Positions 22,438-33,351 of a stretch of 64,000 nucleotides of DNA are shown piece after piece. Below the pieces are notes generated by a model. That model had not been told where the DNA came from, made no database searches, and saw only the letters and a list, made by a program, of their open reading frames with translations. This DNA comes from Neophaeotheca triangularis. Taxonomy: Eukaryota. The translations under genes and the position numbers were made by a program. The stretch is from contig BAAIJX010000017.1 in assembly GCA_054600435.1 (NCBI GenBank), forward strand, positions 186,001 through 250,000. The letters are read 5' to 3'. The stretch's first letter is position 1, and every line of letters starts with the position of its first letter.

Positions 22438-23919
22438 ATGGACGGCGGCGCACTTGGACTCCTCAAGTTCTTAGCACCGCAAGTTCCTTCTCTCACAACG
22501 ACAGCAGCCTCTCACGCTATAGGCTTCGCACCCAACTCCTCGAAATGGGACCTTCGTACGACTCTTACCGTCTCCGTTATTAGGAACTTGATGACCGGGA
22601 ACGGCGGCAAACCTTCGCCCATCAGTAAGACTCAAGCCACGACGCTCAAGGATCCCGGTATCAAGGGCAAAACATGGGTCGCCAAAGCTACCTTTGCTGC
22701 GCCGAGTCACGAGGAGGAGGGGTTGAGGGAGGCGGTCTTCGGTGCTATCGATCAGATGAAAGAGGGGGAAGTCAACTATGTAAAGCCATACTTGGCTGAT
22801 ATTGAGGTCGAATGGACGGGCTACAGGCCGAACGCTGGCAAAGAGGAGGGATTGCCTGATATCAGTGAGGAGGACAAGTACACAAAGATGCTCGCCGAAC
22901 CCGAGCGCACGAGCGACACTGTAGTTCTATACTTCCATGGCGGGGCTTACTACCTCTGCGACCCCACCACCCACCGCGCCTCCTGCTCTCGCTTGGCCAA
23001 AGAGACTCAAGGCGTTGTGGTTAGTACACGCTACCGACTGGCTCCGCAAGCAGCTTTCCCCTCTCAACTCCTCGACGCGCTCATGTGCTACCTAACACTA
23101 CTCTACCCACCACCGAACTCCCTACACAGGCCCATCCCAGCCTCCAACATCGTCCTCGGCGGCGACAGCGCAGGCGGCAATCTAGCCTTCGCCCTTCTCC
23201 AACTGCTCCTCCAACTCCACCGCACAGCGCCATCCAACACGACCCCCAAACTCCGCTTCCATGGCCGCGAAGTCGAAGTCCCCCTCCCAGCAGGCTGCAG
23301 CGCCAACTCAGGCTGGTTCGACATAACCCGCAGCATGCCCTCGATAACCACAAACCAACGCTGGGACTACCTCCCGCCCGCCGACCACGACACGGACGCC
23401 CTCTCCCGCTTCCCCGCCGACGACATCTGGCCCGCGAACCCCCCTCGCGGCGACCTCTTCAGCGACCTGTCGCTACTAACTCACCCCCTCGTCTCCCCGC
23501 TACTCGCCGACACTTGGGCAAACAGCCCACCCCTCTTCTTCTCCACCGGCCAAGAACTGCTCACAGACGAAGACAAGATCCTCGCCGCCCGCGCCGCGAA
23601 CCAAAACGTCAAAGTCGTCTACGAAGAGTATGAAGCCATGCCGCACTGTTTTAGTATGATGTTGCCGGCGCTGTCGACTAGCGATCGCGCTATGAGGAGT
23701 TGGGGTCGCTTTTTGAAGGGCTGTGTGGAGAATCCGGGCGGGGTTGAGGCCAGTGGGGTGTGGGTTGAGGCTAAGACTGGGCGGGAGGAGAAGAGGGAGG
23801 TTAAAAATGTTGCGCCCATTGAGTGGGCCGAGGTGTGGAGGCTGGCGAAGGATGCGCAGAGTAGACGCGTGAAAGGGTATGAGAAGGAGGGGAAGGGGAT
23901 GCCTAAGCCGGCGTTGTGA
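22438..23919 (+). CDS. Alpha/beta hydrolase, HSL-like lipase/esterase (Say1-like)
   Basis: 493-aa ORF with YFHGGAY oxyanion motif, YRLAPQ, GGDSAGG nucleophile elbow and MPHCF catalytic His. Confidence 0.9.
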   Translation: MDGGALGLLKFLAPQVPSLTTTAASHAIGFAPNSSKWDLRTTLTVSVIRNLMTGNGGKPSPISKTQATTLKDPGIKGKTWVAKATFAAPSHEEEGLREAVFGAIDQMKEGEVNYVKPYLADIEVEWTGYRPNAGKEEGLPDISEEDKYTKMLAEPERTSDTVVLYFHGGAYYLCDPTTHRASCSRLAKETQGVVVSTRYRLAPQAAFPSQLLDALMCYLTLLYPPPNSLHRPIPASNIVLGGDSAGGNLAFALLQLLLQLHRTAPSNTTPKLRFHGREVEVPLPAGCSANSGWFDITRSMPSITTNQRWDYLPPADHDTDALSRFPADDIWPANPPRGDLFSDLSLLTHPLVSPLLADTWANSPPLFFSTGQELLTDEDKILAARAANQNVKVVYEEYEAMPHCFSMMLPALSTSDRAMRSWGRFLKGCVENPGGVEASGVWVEAKTGREEKREVKNVAPIEWAEVWRLAKDAQSRRVKGYEKEGKGMPKPAL

Positions 23920-24269
23920 TGGTGTTTTTGTTGCTTGAGGACGTTGGGTCTGCAATGGTGTTCACGACGGTTTTGGGCTGGGCTGGTATGTGCAGATAGA
24001 TAGATCGACGGCCAATAAATTCCTGATAATATTTCCACCACCGCACCGCCTACAATGGTGCCCGGTCAATCTTGCTCCCTGCCTTAGTCTTCATGTCATT
24101 GAAACGCTTACTTTCGTCAGCACTAGGAATCGCAATCATCGTTCGATACGAAGAATCATTGAATGGAATATACAGCGCAGAACGCTACAAATGTAAGCAA
24201 GATTAATACCTCTTAGATCAACAGACTATCATACAGCACGCCACACTTGGTTTATCTCACCAGAACCCC

Positions 24270-24700
24270 CTACCCAGTCCTCAACCTACTCGTCCCATCC
24301 TCCGCCGGCGGCATCCCCTCCTCGTCTCCAGGCTCCTGGTAAGTTCCACTACCCTTTGCCGCACCCCTCGTACGCCCGCTCATGATATTGCTCTTATCAA
24401 TAGCCTCGTTCTCATCTTGCTCTACAAAATCAACAAACGTCAGCAAGCCAACCCCACATGCGCTGCTAATCTCAGAGCTGTTGGTGAATTGAGGTCCGAC
24501 TTACGCAACTGCTCATCGCTATCCGCCTTGTCGCCGTCAATGGGGTCGGCAACGCCGTCTCCGTCATTTTGAACCGGGACGGGTGCTTGTTTCTGCCCGG
24601 TGCGCGAGGTGTACTCGTCGTCGCCGTCGAGAGCCACGGGGTCGTTGCCGGCTTGGGCGTCGTTTTGGGCTTCGTATTGGTCGTCTGCTGAAGTGGACAT
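24270..24700 (-). CDS. Small acidic protein with a CHZ (histone chaperone)-like motif
   Basis: Exon 1 24700-24505 (MSTSADDQYE...DSDEQL), intron 24422-24504 (GTAAGT..CTGAC..TAG), exon 2 encodes QDENEAIDKSNIMSGRTRGA...YQEPGDEEG to TAG at 24270-24272. Confidence 0.75.
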
Positions 24701-26082
24701 GGTTGGGTTTGGAGGGACTGGGTGGGTGCTTGGTTCTGCTTTGATATGGGTCACGCTGAGATGTTTTGTTTGGCGATAGAACGTGTTTGTAAACAGGAGG
24801 ACAGCGAGGGTGGAAGAAAGTGTTGCGTACTTGTACCTTTCGCCCTGCCCCAACGCCCTGTCCTCCTCAGTGTGATCGACCTACCCCCACGACGTCACGT
24901 ACCCGGATATGGTCAATAGGGCAACGACTCTCGCGTCACCACTTTACGACTTGTCGCGTTTTGCACGCGTGCTAGGCAGGTCGAGGGCAGCAAATGTAGT
25001 CATGCTGATGTCAAGGCTGATGTCAAGGCTGGGCTGCTGTTCAGTCCTGGTTGATAAACGGGCACTTGAGCAGTCCGGGGCTCTGGCGTGAGATCTGGAA
25101 ACGCCGGGCCGCAAGTCTGGATTTCTCAGATCCAATGCGTCAGCTTCGTGTGTTGATTGAGGTGGAGATGTCGAAAGCGTGCTCGAGGCTTCGGAATGGT
25201 TGGCTGACCCAGGCGTTTCTGTTCGCTTTTAAAACACCTCGCTGACCGCAATGGTTTTCAGCATGGCTGCTGCTTTCTCGGACGATATACCTACTGTATT
25301 GAAGCTCTTTTCTTGCCCACTATGAATTGACGACGCCATACCACTGCGTTCAACATCACCCAAAGGGCAAAGCGTTTCTGATGGCTGTCAAGGAAGACGT
25401 CAACGACCCCACTAGCGCAGGTACATCTGGGGAGATTGAGATGCAGCGGGTCATCGATCGGAACAACATCGACGCTAATGCAGTCACTTCCGCATCGCGG
25501 TTGATGACCGCATTGTCAATCACGATGGCGTCGATCAACGTTCCAAGGTTACTTTATGTAGGTAGGTAAGGTAGGTCTCGTTGGCGAAGCCACGCTTGGG
25601 TCGTCAGATCGATCCTTACTGCTATCAATCAGCCCCCGGCATCCTATGGATGACGCTGTTCCTGCGACTTTCTCGCAGCGGTCGTTAAAAAGGCAGGGTA
25701 TGGCATCCGCGAAACTTCCATCCCACAGAGTCGCTTCCCTACTTGTTGACTTCCAGTCAACCGCGAGCGACGGATGTATGGATGGGTAAAGTGCAAGATA
25801 AAGGCGTTGAGTTAGACTGATGATGATGATTTCATGTTTGCAAACAGTTCTCGTAGCTATGACAGGGTATCTAGTGAAGTGAAGCATATGCTGGTCTTCG
25901 CGTGACCGCGAGCTGGCTAGCTAGCATGTTGTTGTACAGACTGCGAGAAAGCAATTATCGACGTCTTGTCCCATGGCAAAGTCGCCCCCGAAAATTATCG
26001 CAAGGTCGAGCGAAGCGAAGCTGGAGCGGGCCCTGGAAGGAAGTCGATCAGGTAGTGCCGCTGTTGTTCATTAATTCGGAGG

Positions 26083-27249
26083 TCAGTTCTCCTTATCAGC
26101 GGCAGCCTTCCTGCTCCTGGTCGTACGGCCAGAACTCCTTGGCTTGGCAACGGCAGGCTTTTCCTCAGCGTCAGGAGCTTTCGCAGCGGCGGCCTTTTTG
26201 CCTCTGCCTTTCTTGGTTGCGGGCTTCTCTTCGGCGGCCTCGGAGTCATCAGCACCATCCATCTGAGGAGGAGGCTTGCTGGCTTTGGTAGTCTTTCCCT
26301 TGGCTTTGGTTCTCTTCGGTTGAGCTTCAGCCTCGGAAACAGACTTTTCGGCATCTTCATCCTTGATCGTCTCCTCAGGTTTAACAGCCTTCTTCGCAGG
26401 TTTCTTTGCAGACTTCTTGACAGGGGCGGCCTCGGAAGCATCGTCATCTTCGCCCTCGTCTCCATCGTCGGCCTTGGCGTTATTCTTGGCCTTGCCGCGA
26501 GCCTTCTTCGGAGCGGGCTGCTCTTCCTCATTTTCTTCGGCATCGGCATCCTTCTTCGCACGACCGCGTTTCTTGGTGGGCTTCTTCTCCGGCGAGCCTT
26601 CTCCATCCTCGCCAGCAGCAGCCGCTTCTTCCTTTTCTTTCTGTAACGTGTCAGCCGCTGCGGGTTCCAAACGCGAGTCGTGTTGATCGTACCTTCGCCC
26701 TCATGGTCTTGGTCATGAACAAACCGCTCTTGCGGCCCTCCTCGAATCTGTTCATCTCGATGTCCTGTATGGATGTCAGCATGTAAATACTTGTTACCGT
26801 GTAATGTTGCCCTGTGAGTAAAAGCTTACGCCGTTCCACTCGTCATCTTCGACGTGATGTTGCTCCAGAGCACGCTTGACTTTGGCCTGGAGTTCGTCCG
26901 GAAGCGTGTCGTAGCCGTCGACCATGTCCATGTCCATCTCACTCTGATCAGCCCAATTTTGGAGCACTTGGGGAGTCACGCAGCCCCTGGAGAGATGATT
27001 AGCCAGAGAGGATGAAGATTCGATCGTCAATTACTCACCAGTGCCTCCATTTCCAGCTCTGATTGCCTTTGAAATCTACCAACACTCCCTGCCTGAGCTC
27101 ACCCTTCTGGATTTTCTCATGACTTTTCTTACATCCGGTGGTGGAACAGCCCGCTCTGCCGCCCTTGGCGATCTCTGTGGATTGTTAGCAAGGAGTTTCA
27201 AGCAATTGCTGATGTCGCAAGTCGGCTTACCGACGCGATATCCTGACAT
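26083..27249 (-). CDS. PARP-type zinc finger (zf-PARP) protein with K/E/A-rich C-terminal tail
   Basis: Five exons (introns 27175-27230, 26987-27038, 26765-26829, 26641-26692) give YRVEIAKGGRAGC....CKK...IQKGELR....WRHWGC. No PARP catalytic domain. Confidence 0.85.
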
Positions 27250-27624
27250 CTTGGATATGAACTGGTGAATTGGTGAGGTTGAGTCGGATGTTGATTTCTG
27301 AGGCCAGATTCAAGGTTGGATGGAATTGTGCTGCGTCTTGCAAATTAAACAGACATGTTTTCGAGTTGTTGTTGAGAGTGTTTCAGAGTGAAGTGAAGGC
27401 GAAGGGAAGACGAGAACCTCGGGCTTGGAATGAAACGCTGCAGGCAGCTGCCCAATGCTGCAAGGCACCCAGCGGGCAAAAAGCGCGCTAGTTTAGGTAG
27501 GTACCTAGGTAATTGGAACTTAGAAACGTGACTTAGTAAGCAAATCCGCGCCAACTCCTTTCGGCACTCGACTTCATCATCGAAAGAAACCGACAACTCT
27601 TTCCCAAAGTATCCCCTACAACAA

Positions 27625-30600
27625 ATGCTAAGATGCGTTTCAAAGAGGACGCTGTCTCGCGTTGGTCCAACATGCGCGAACACGCCTCTTCGTCTCGGTC
27701 ATTTAACCTACCAAAGCCGCCATAGGAAACATGCCAGCTCCGCCACCTCTCCGCGCTGGCTGAAAAAGTACGACGCCGCCGTCGAACGATATGGTATCCT
27801 TGAAAGGCTGGACGTCCCGGCGGATGCGAGACTAAAGAGTGAAACTTGGATTGCTCTACTGGAAACAGCGCTACCACCGCATCTACGCGATTCCTCTTTC
27901 CAGGATTCAAAAACTCCTCCTGAACTGAATGTCGTGGAAACTGCGGAAGTCTTATTAGGCGCACAGATGATAACCGGGTTCGACTACCTGTACTACCTTG
28001 GAGCTAAACAAGGCAGATGGAGAGCCTTCGTGTGGCTTTCGAAACATTTGATTGAGGCCTTCGCATCGTCGAGACAGCCTGAGGATCGACTTTTGCAGAC
28101 TGTCTGGCCATGGGATGATTCCAGGTCTTTAGCGGATCTAACGGCTGACCCAGATGGTGTAGTTCTTGCCGAGCTACAAGCACAGCAAGCGCCGCGCGGT
28201 TCGGGCACCAAGCCGCCTTCACTCGAGGAATTGACCGACGATACGAAGCCTTATAGACTTACGCGAAAAGAGCGCCTTAGCCATTCGGCACTTGGGTTTA
28301 TCTGGCGCAGCTTAGGCAAGACAACATTGTCCTGCGCCGATGCTACAGATGTTGATCACAGCACCATGCGACCAGAGATCCTGGAAGTCATCGCTATGAT
28401 GCATCATCACGAACTCATGCCGAGCACCATTTACAATTTCACGCCGAACCCAGACCCAAGTGCACTTCAGCAACCGCCAACTCTAAACATCTTTTCGTCT
28501 CGCATACTGACATCCTTGTCGGATGCAGCGTGGCGAGCGCACGAGCGTGCCGTTTTAGAAGAAGCGCAAGCCAAAGGAGGCCAGTACGCCGCGATGCGGC
28601 CAGAGATACCTGGGTCAGCTTACCGCGTAAATGTTGGTGGCTTGACACCTGAAATCTGGCTTGAGCTGATCCTTTGGTCTTGCCTCCATGGTGGATGGAT
28701 CGAGGACGGCGCTGCGTTACTGGCATTCATAGAGCCGCAGCGACCAGAGTGGACTCCTTTGTCATGGCGCGATCGTCTGAATACCCTAGACCCACATGCA
28801 CATAGAAGATCGGAAGACTGGAACCGGCTAAGTGCATTGTTGCAGAAAGGGAGGTCGGCTCTTAGTGAAGAGTCAGCAAGCGAGCTCACAACACGTCGAA
28901 CTATCAGCAGCGAAATCGTCAATTGTTTCATCGATGCATTAACTCTCACTATTCACATCGGGGTCGGCGACCGCGGCCTTTCGGTACCGCGCTCCATTGG
29001 CTTCATTCAGGCTCTGAGGGCATTCTTGCAGAGATCTGAACTTGGCCTTGGCACCTCTACCTGGGACGCCACCTTGTTGAAGATCATGGAATCTGGCGGC
29101 GTTACAATTGAAAAAGAGCCACACTTGATTGGATTTCTAGCTCCGCTTACGCCGCCAATGAGAGGCGAAATCGATGCGCCGAATGCAGAACACATGCCAG
29201 CGTACATGTTCGACGGCAGCGCCATTGCCGTTGGTCTTCACCATCAGGCTCTGCGAGCGCAAGTAAAGGCTGGGAATCTACTCGCTGCTCTCAAACAATT
29301 CAGGAAAATGCAGGAATGGACCGACACGAATAAAATGAAGTCGCTGGAAGATTTCTTCGCTAATAAGCAGTTACCACCCACAGTACCGCCGAAATCGAAG
29401 GGTCTTTTCGACAGCCATTTCTCCGGTATCGATTTTCCCTCTTTCAACATGCAGGTGCCTTCCTCAATTCTTGCGCCTTTACTAGACCTTGCCATGGACG
29501 GCGGCGCCTCGAAATTTGCAGATTGGCTAGTATACTCAGAGGACATCGACGGCCCAGTTATCCACGATGGCATGTATCATGACCCACAGCTCAAGCCGGT
29601 ATTGCTTCGTTTCGCCATCCAGAAGAAAGACAAAACGCTTCTGGGAAAGATTGTAGGTCCCAGCATAACCAATAACCCGTCCGACAACAAACCTTTGCGA
29701 AAACGCATTCTGCGCAGCTTCTTGAATACTCAAGTAAGGCTCAAACGCTGGCAGACTGTGCAACATACTCTTGACATCCTCGCCGGGACTCCTGGCTCTA
29801 CTTGGAACCCAAACAATCTTGCGGAGCTACTACGGACCATGGTGAAAGCACTGCCTTCTGCGGAGCGCGGGGACGAAGACAGCAAACGTCATTTCGGCGC
29901 CGCTGGCCGCATCGTCCGCGATATGGTACACTCACGCTTCGGCGAAGACTTCAATGCCCTGAAGACCGAAGATGAGGAAGAGCGAGTCAACGCCATGAAG
30001 ACGAAGTGTCTCCTCCTGACAGTCTCCGCGCTCGGCGAGCAGTGGTCAAGATGGACGATGAAACTCTCCGGGGGCGCGATAGAAGGCTTCTGCATCTTCC
30101 ACCTCCCCATCGAGACCTTCAACATAGTCCTGGAGGGAATCTTGCAAAGCCACGGCAGCGTCGCAGCCCGCCGCATCCTCGGCATTTTCTGGCCTCACTC
30201 GGTTCGCACCGACGAATTCCCCGACAAAGACCCGGGCGGCATCGGCAAGCTGCGTCGTCCTCGAAGGAACAAGGGCTCCCTGCAGCGCTCCGTCTTCCAC
30301 TTCCCTGGCACGAGGAACGTCGAAGCAGCTTTCCACGGCGGTCTCGAGCCCAATATCGCCACCCTTCGTCTCGTGCTAGCACGATGCGTGCAGGAAGTCA
30401 GAGAGCAGGCCAATGCCGCGAAACCACCACGCTCTCCCGCCCCGGCAGCTTCGGCCGTGCCAGCGGAAAAGGGCGATCCTGATCTCTCGCCGACGGGGAT
30501 GCTGACGTGGGCGCTCCACTGTCTGCATCGCTTACGCATGTCTGATGACGACGTTAGAGCTGAGGTCAGAGAGTTGATGGCTGGGGCGGAATTGCAGCGT

Positions 30601-30693
30601 TTCAGAGCCGAGATCCCAGAGCTGGAGAGGATGTTCAAGAAGCAAACCGCCGAGGGGTCTGAGGTAGACGGCGGGAGATGGTACGGCCATTGA
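27625..30693 (+). CDS. Large helical, probably mitochondrial protein (PPR-like hypothetical)
   Basis: Uninterrupted 1022-aa ORF with an Arg/Ser-rich N-terminal presequence-like segment and helical-repeat-like content (e.g. ETFNIVLEG). Function is inferred. Confidence 0.75.
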   Translation: MLRCVSKRTLSRVGPTCANTPLRLGHLTYQSRHRKHASSATSPRWLKKYDAAVERYGILERLDVPADARLKSETWIALLETALPPHLRDSSFQDSKTPPELNVVETAEVLLGAQMITGFDYLYYLGAKQGRWRAFVWLSKHLIEAFASSRQPEDRLLQTVWPWDDSRSLADLTADPDGVVLAELQAQQAPRGSGTKPPSLEELTDDTKPYRLTRKERLSHSALGFIWRSLGKTTLSCADATDVDHSTMRPEILEVIAMMHHHELMPSTIYNFTPNPDPSALQQPPTLNIFSSRILTSLSDAAWRAHERAVLEEAQAKGGQYAAMRPEIPGSAYRVNVGGLTPEIWLELILWSCLHGGWIEDGAALLAFIEPQRPEWTPLSWRDRLNTLDPHAHRRSEDWNRLSALLQKGRSALSEESASELTTRRTISSEIVNCFIDALTLTIHIGVGDRGLSVPRSIGFIQALRAFLQRSELGLGTSTWDATLLKIMESGGVTIEKEPHLIGFLAPLTPPMRGEIDAPNAEHMPAYMFDGSAIAVGLHHQALRAQVKAGNLLAALKQFRKMQEWTDTNKMKSLEDFFANKQLPPTVPPKSKGLFDSHFSGIDFPSFNMQVPSSILAPLLDLAMDGGASKFADWLVYSEDIDGPVIHDGMYHDPQLKPVLLRFAIQKKDKTLLGKIVGPSITNNPSDNKPLRKRILRSFLNTQVRLKRWQTVQHTLDILAGTPGSTWNPNNLAELLRTMVKALPSAERGDEDSKRHFGAAGRIVRDMVHSRFGEDFNALKTEDEEERVNAMKTKCLLLTVSALGEQWSRWTMKLSGGAIEGFCIFHLPIETFNIVLEGILQSHGSVAARRILGIFWPHSVRTDEFPDKDPGGIGKLRRPRRNKGSLQRSVFHFPGTRNVEAAFHGGLEPNIATLRLVLARCVQEVREQANAAKPPRSPAPAASAVPAEKGDPDLSPTGMLTWALHCLHRLRMSDDDVRAEVRELMAGAELQRFRAEIPELERMFKKQTAEGSEVDGGRWYGH

Positions 30694-31321
30694 GGATTCA
30701 TGAAGGAGGTTGCAAATGTACGCAAGTGATTGATATGTTGGATTTCGGTACCTGTAAGTTGTAGGATACTTGTCTATAGACTTGGGCGGGTTTGTAATAG
30801 GTTTTGTACACTATCCATCATGCTTTGGCGCGCTTCGTCGCGGCACCTTTCACTCCAAGTGCAATGTTTCACTGACCGCTTACACGCGTGGACGTGAACT
30901 GTATCTTTCGTTTCGCGGCCGCGATTCGCCAGAGATACGCTCCTTCCCCTGTTCCCCAAGCCGCTTGGTATGCTCCCGGCGAAATTTTCCCTGCCGCCTC
31001 GCCGCTCAGGCTCTGAGTCGACTACGCGAGCTAGACGACGCTAAGCGCTTGCGCTTCTGTGCTGGTGATCAGAGTGACCAGGCGGCTGCAGAGGGTTCAA
31101 GATCCATCGACCCCGCTGCTTGAGCCAATGCAAATACTCCTGATCTGCTGCCTGCCTATTGCACGCGACAGGCTGGCTAGCACATCATCATAGCGCAGCT
31201 GGGGAAAGAACCGAAGCGAGACATACAAACCCAACAGCCCAAGTCGTTGCCTCCAAACCGCCAAAGCGACCCTTTTCCCCATCCGCTCTTCGGGTCCGCC
31301 CCACCCGGCAAGCAAAAAGCC

Positions 31322-32702
31322 CTACAACTTCAACTCCGCCGCCCCCCTCTCCCAACCCCCACACTCCCCACTCCCCTCCCTCTCCGCAAGAACCGCGGCA
31401 ACACCCATCTTCGCCTCGGTCGCACGATCAGTACAAAGCTCAAAAACCGTCGCCAAATTAAAAAGCAGCCCGCCGAAAACCGGACCCCCTCCTTCGAGCA
31501 GGCCTTCGAGCAGACTCCGTGCTTCCCCAACCTCACCGGCGTAGAGTTGGCAGACCGCGAGATTCGAGACGAGAGCTTCGTGGTCGGGGTGTTTGGACGT
31601 CAGAGCGCGCCAGTCGGGCACGGAAGCCGCGGGGTCGGTGGCGAGAGCGTTGAGCAGGGTTATCATGATCTCGGCATCGAGACCGTTGCAGGTGGCTACA
31701 AGAGAGCGCGCGCTGGCAATGTCGCCGACGCGGAGTTTGAGCAGTGCGCGTCTGTAAGCTATACCGGCCGAGTCATCGTCGTCGTCGTTGTCGTGGCCGA
31801 GTCCCTGTAGATACCGGCCGGCGGTCTCGAGTTCTCCCATTTCGACGAACGTGTCGACGACTCGCAATCCCAGCTCGCGAAGTCTGTGGTCCCAGAGGGA
31901 TGCTGTTTCCGCGTCGTTTGAGTTCCGGGCAGCAGCGGCGCGTTCCCTGCACTCGCTCCCCAGCGCGAAATACCCCATTACAGCGCGCCGGCCGCTTTCG
32001 TCCAGGCCTAGGCTTTGGCAGCGGAGGAGTAGCAGGCGAAGGGCCCAGGGCACGGTTTCCCGTAAATTTCGGCTTTCTTGGGTTGGGGTTGCGAGGGCTT
32101 CGGAGAGCGGGGCGGCTTCCTGTAGGGCTAGGTCCGGGCGTTGGAGGAGCAGGAGGCAGGAGAGGCGGGTGTGCAGGTTTTGGAGTATGGGGGTTGTGGC
32201 TGTAGGGGGTAGAGCGAGGAGGTCATGGACGGTGGTGGTGGCGGCTTGGCGGTAGTGGCCGGTTTTGAGGAGGGTTTCTATCGGGGTTGAGGGGGAGGGT
32301 TTGTTGAGGGGTTGGTGGAAGGGGAGAGGGGTTGTCGAGGGGTTTAGCGGGAGCGGGTGGTAGATTTTGGGGGTTTGGAGGAAGGAGAGGGAGACAAGAG
32401 GTTGGGAGGGGTTTGCTGAGGGGGAGGATAAATTGGGCTGGTTTTGGGGGCGTGGAGAGGTGGGTGTGCTAGAGGTGGGATGTTGGGGCTGGAGTGGATT
32501 TTCTGGTGTCGACGGTGTGGATGTTTCGGCTGGCGGGCTGGGTTGTCAGTGTTAAGATATGTGTTTTGAGACGAGTGGTGAAGGATGAAGGGTACCCTTG
32601 GTCTACGTCTAGAGGGCCTTTGGTTTGTCGGCGAGGGAGTGGATGCGATATATTGCGGCTCGTCCTTTTGAGACTGCCAGAGGGTGATTTGTGGGAGGCC
32701 AT
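31322..32702 (-). CDS. TPR protein, TRAPP subunit TRAPPC12-like
   Basis: Exon 1 32702-32596, intron 32538-32595, exon 2 continuous to 31322. Motifs GHYRQAA, TRLSCLLLL, VPWALRLL, NLAVCQLYAG, LFNLATVFELCT. Confidence 0.75.
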
Positions 32703-32862
32703 TTATTATTATTGCGAGATGTGGTGAATACCTTGGTACTTGTAATAACTAACTTGACTTATTGGCTCGAGTTTACTAGAAGTACCAACGAAGGTCGTAG
32801 GTGGATGGAGTGAAGTCAAGCCAGCTGCATGTGAAGGGCTGGCTGGCTCCACTGCCGCTGGG

Positions 32863-32872
32863 CCGAGGTCGG
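32863..32872. promoter_or_regulatory. Putative Leu3/LeuB site (CCG-N4-CGG) upstream of ILV2
   Basis: CCGAGGTCGG about 480 bp upstream of the ILV2 ATG; ILV2 is a known Leu3 target in yeast. Confidence 0.45.
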
Positions 32873-33161
32873 AGCTGTCTCTCACTCTCTCTCACTCAAC
32901 GTGGTGTGCTTCTAACAGAATGGGAGAGGCTCCCGGCGAAAAACTTGGGCGACGACGGGCGACATTGATTAAAAAGCTCCCCGTTGTTCCTTATCGAGCC
33001 TCGATTACCAAAATTGCGGGGTTGTTGGAAGCGGTCTAGGCGTGTTTTCAAAAGTCTACCACGCTCTACCTACAAACTGATTGGCCACGCGACTACCCTA
33101 CCCTACCCAATTTCTCTCTCCTCTTGTCTTGACTACTCTCTCTCTTTCTCTCTGCCGAAAG

Positions 33162-33168
33162 TGACTCA
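33162..33168. promoter_or_regulatory. Gcn4/CpcA response element TGACTCA upstream of ILV2
   Basis: Perfect TGACTCA about 190 bp before the ATG of an amino-acid biosynthesis gene. Confidence 0.55.
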
Positions 33169-33351
33169 AGCTTCCTCCATTGTTCATTGTTATTTCCTCT
33201 CTCTCTCCTCCTCTCCTCTCCTCTCCTCTTCCTCCTCTCCTGCTCAACAAGATACCCACCCACTACACTCTCCACTCCTCACGACCAGACATCGACCTCA
33301 CCGACTGACTGCCCCAACACCCCCCCAACCCTTCGCAGCGACATCGCCAGT

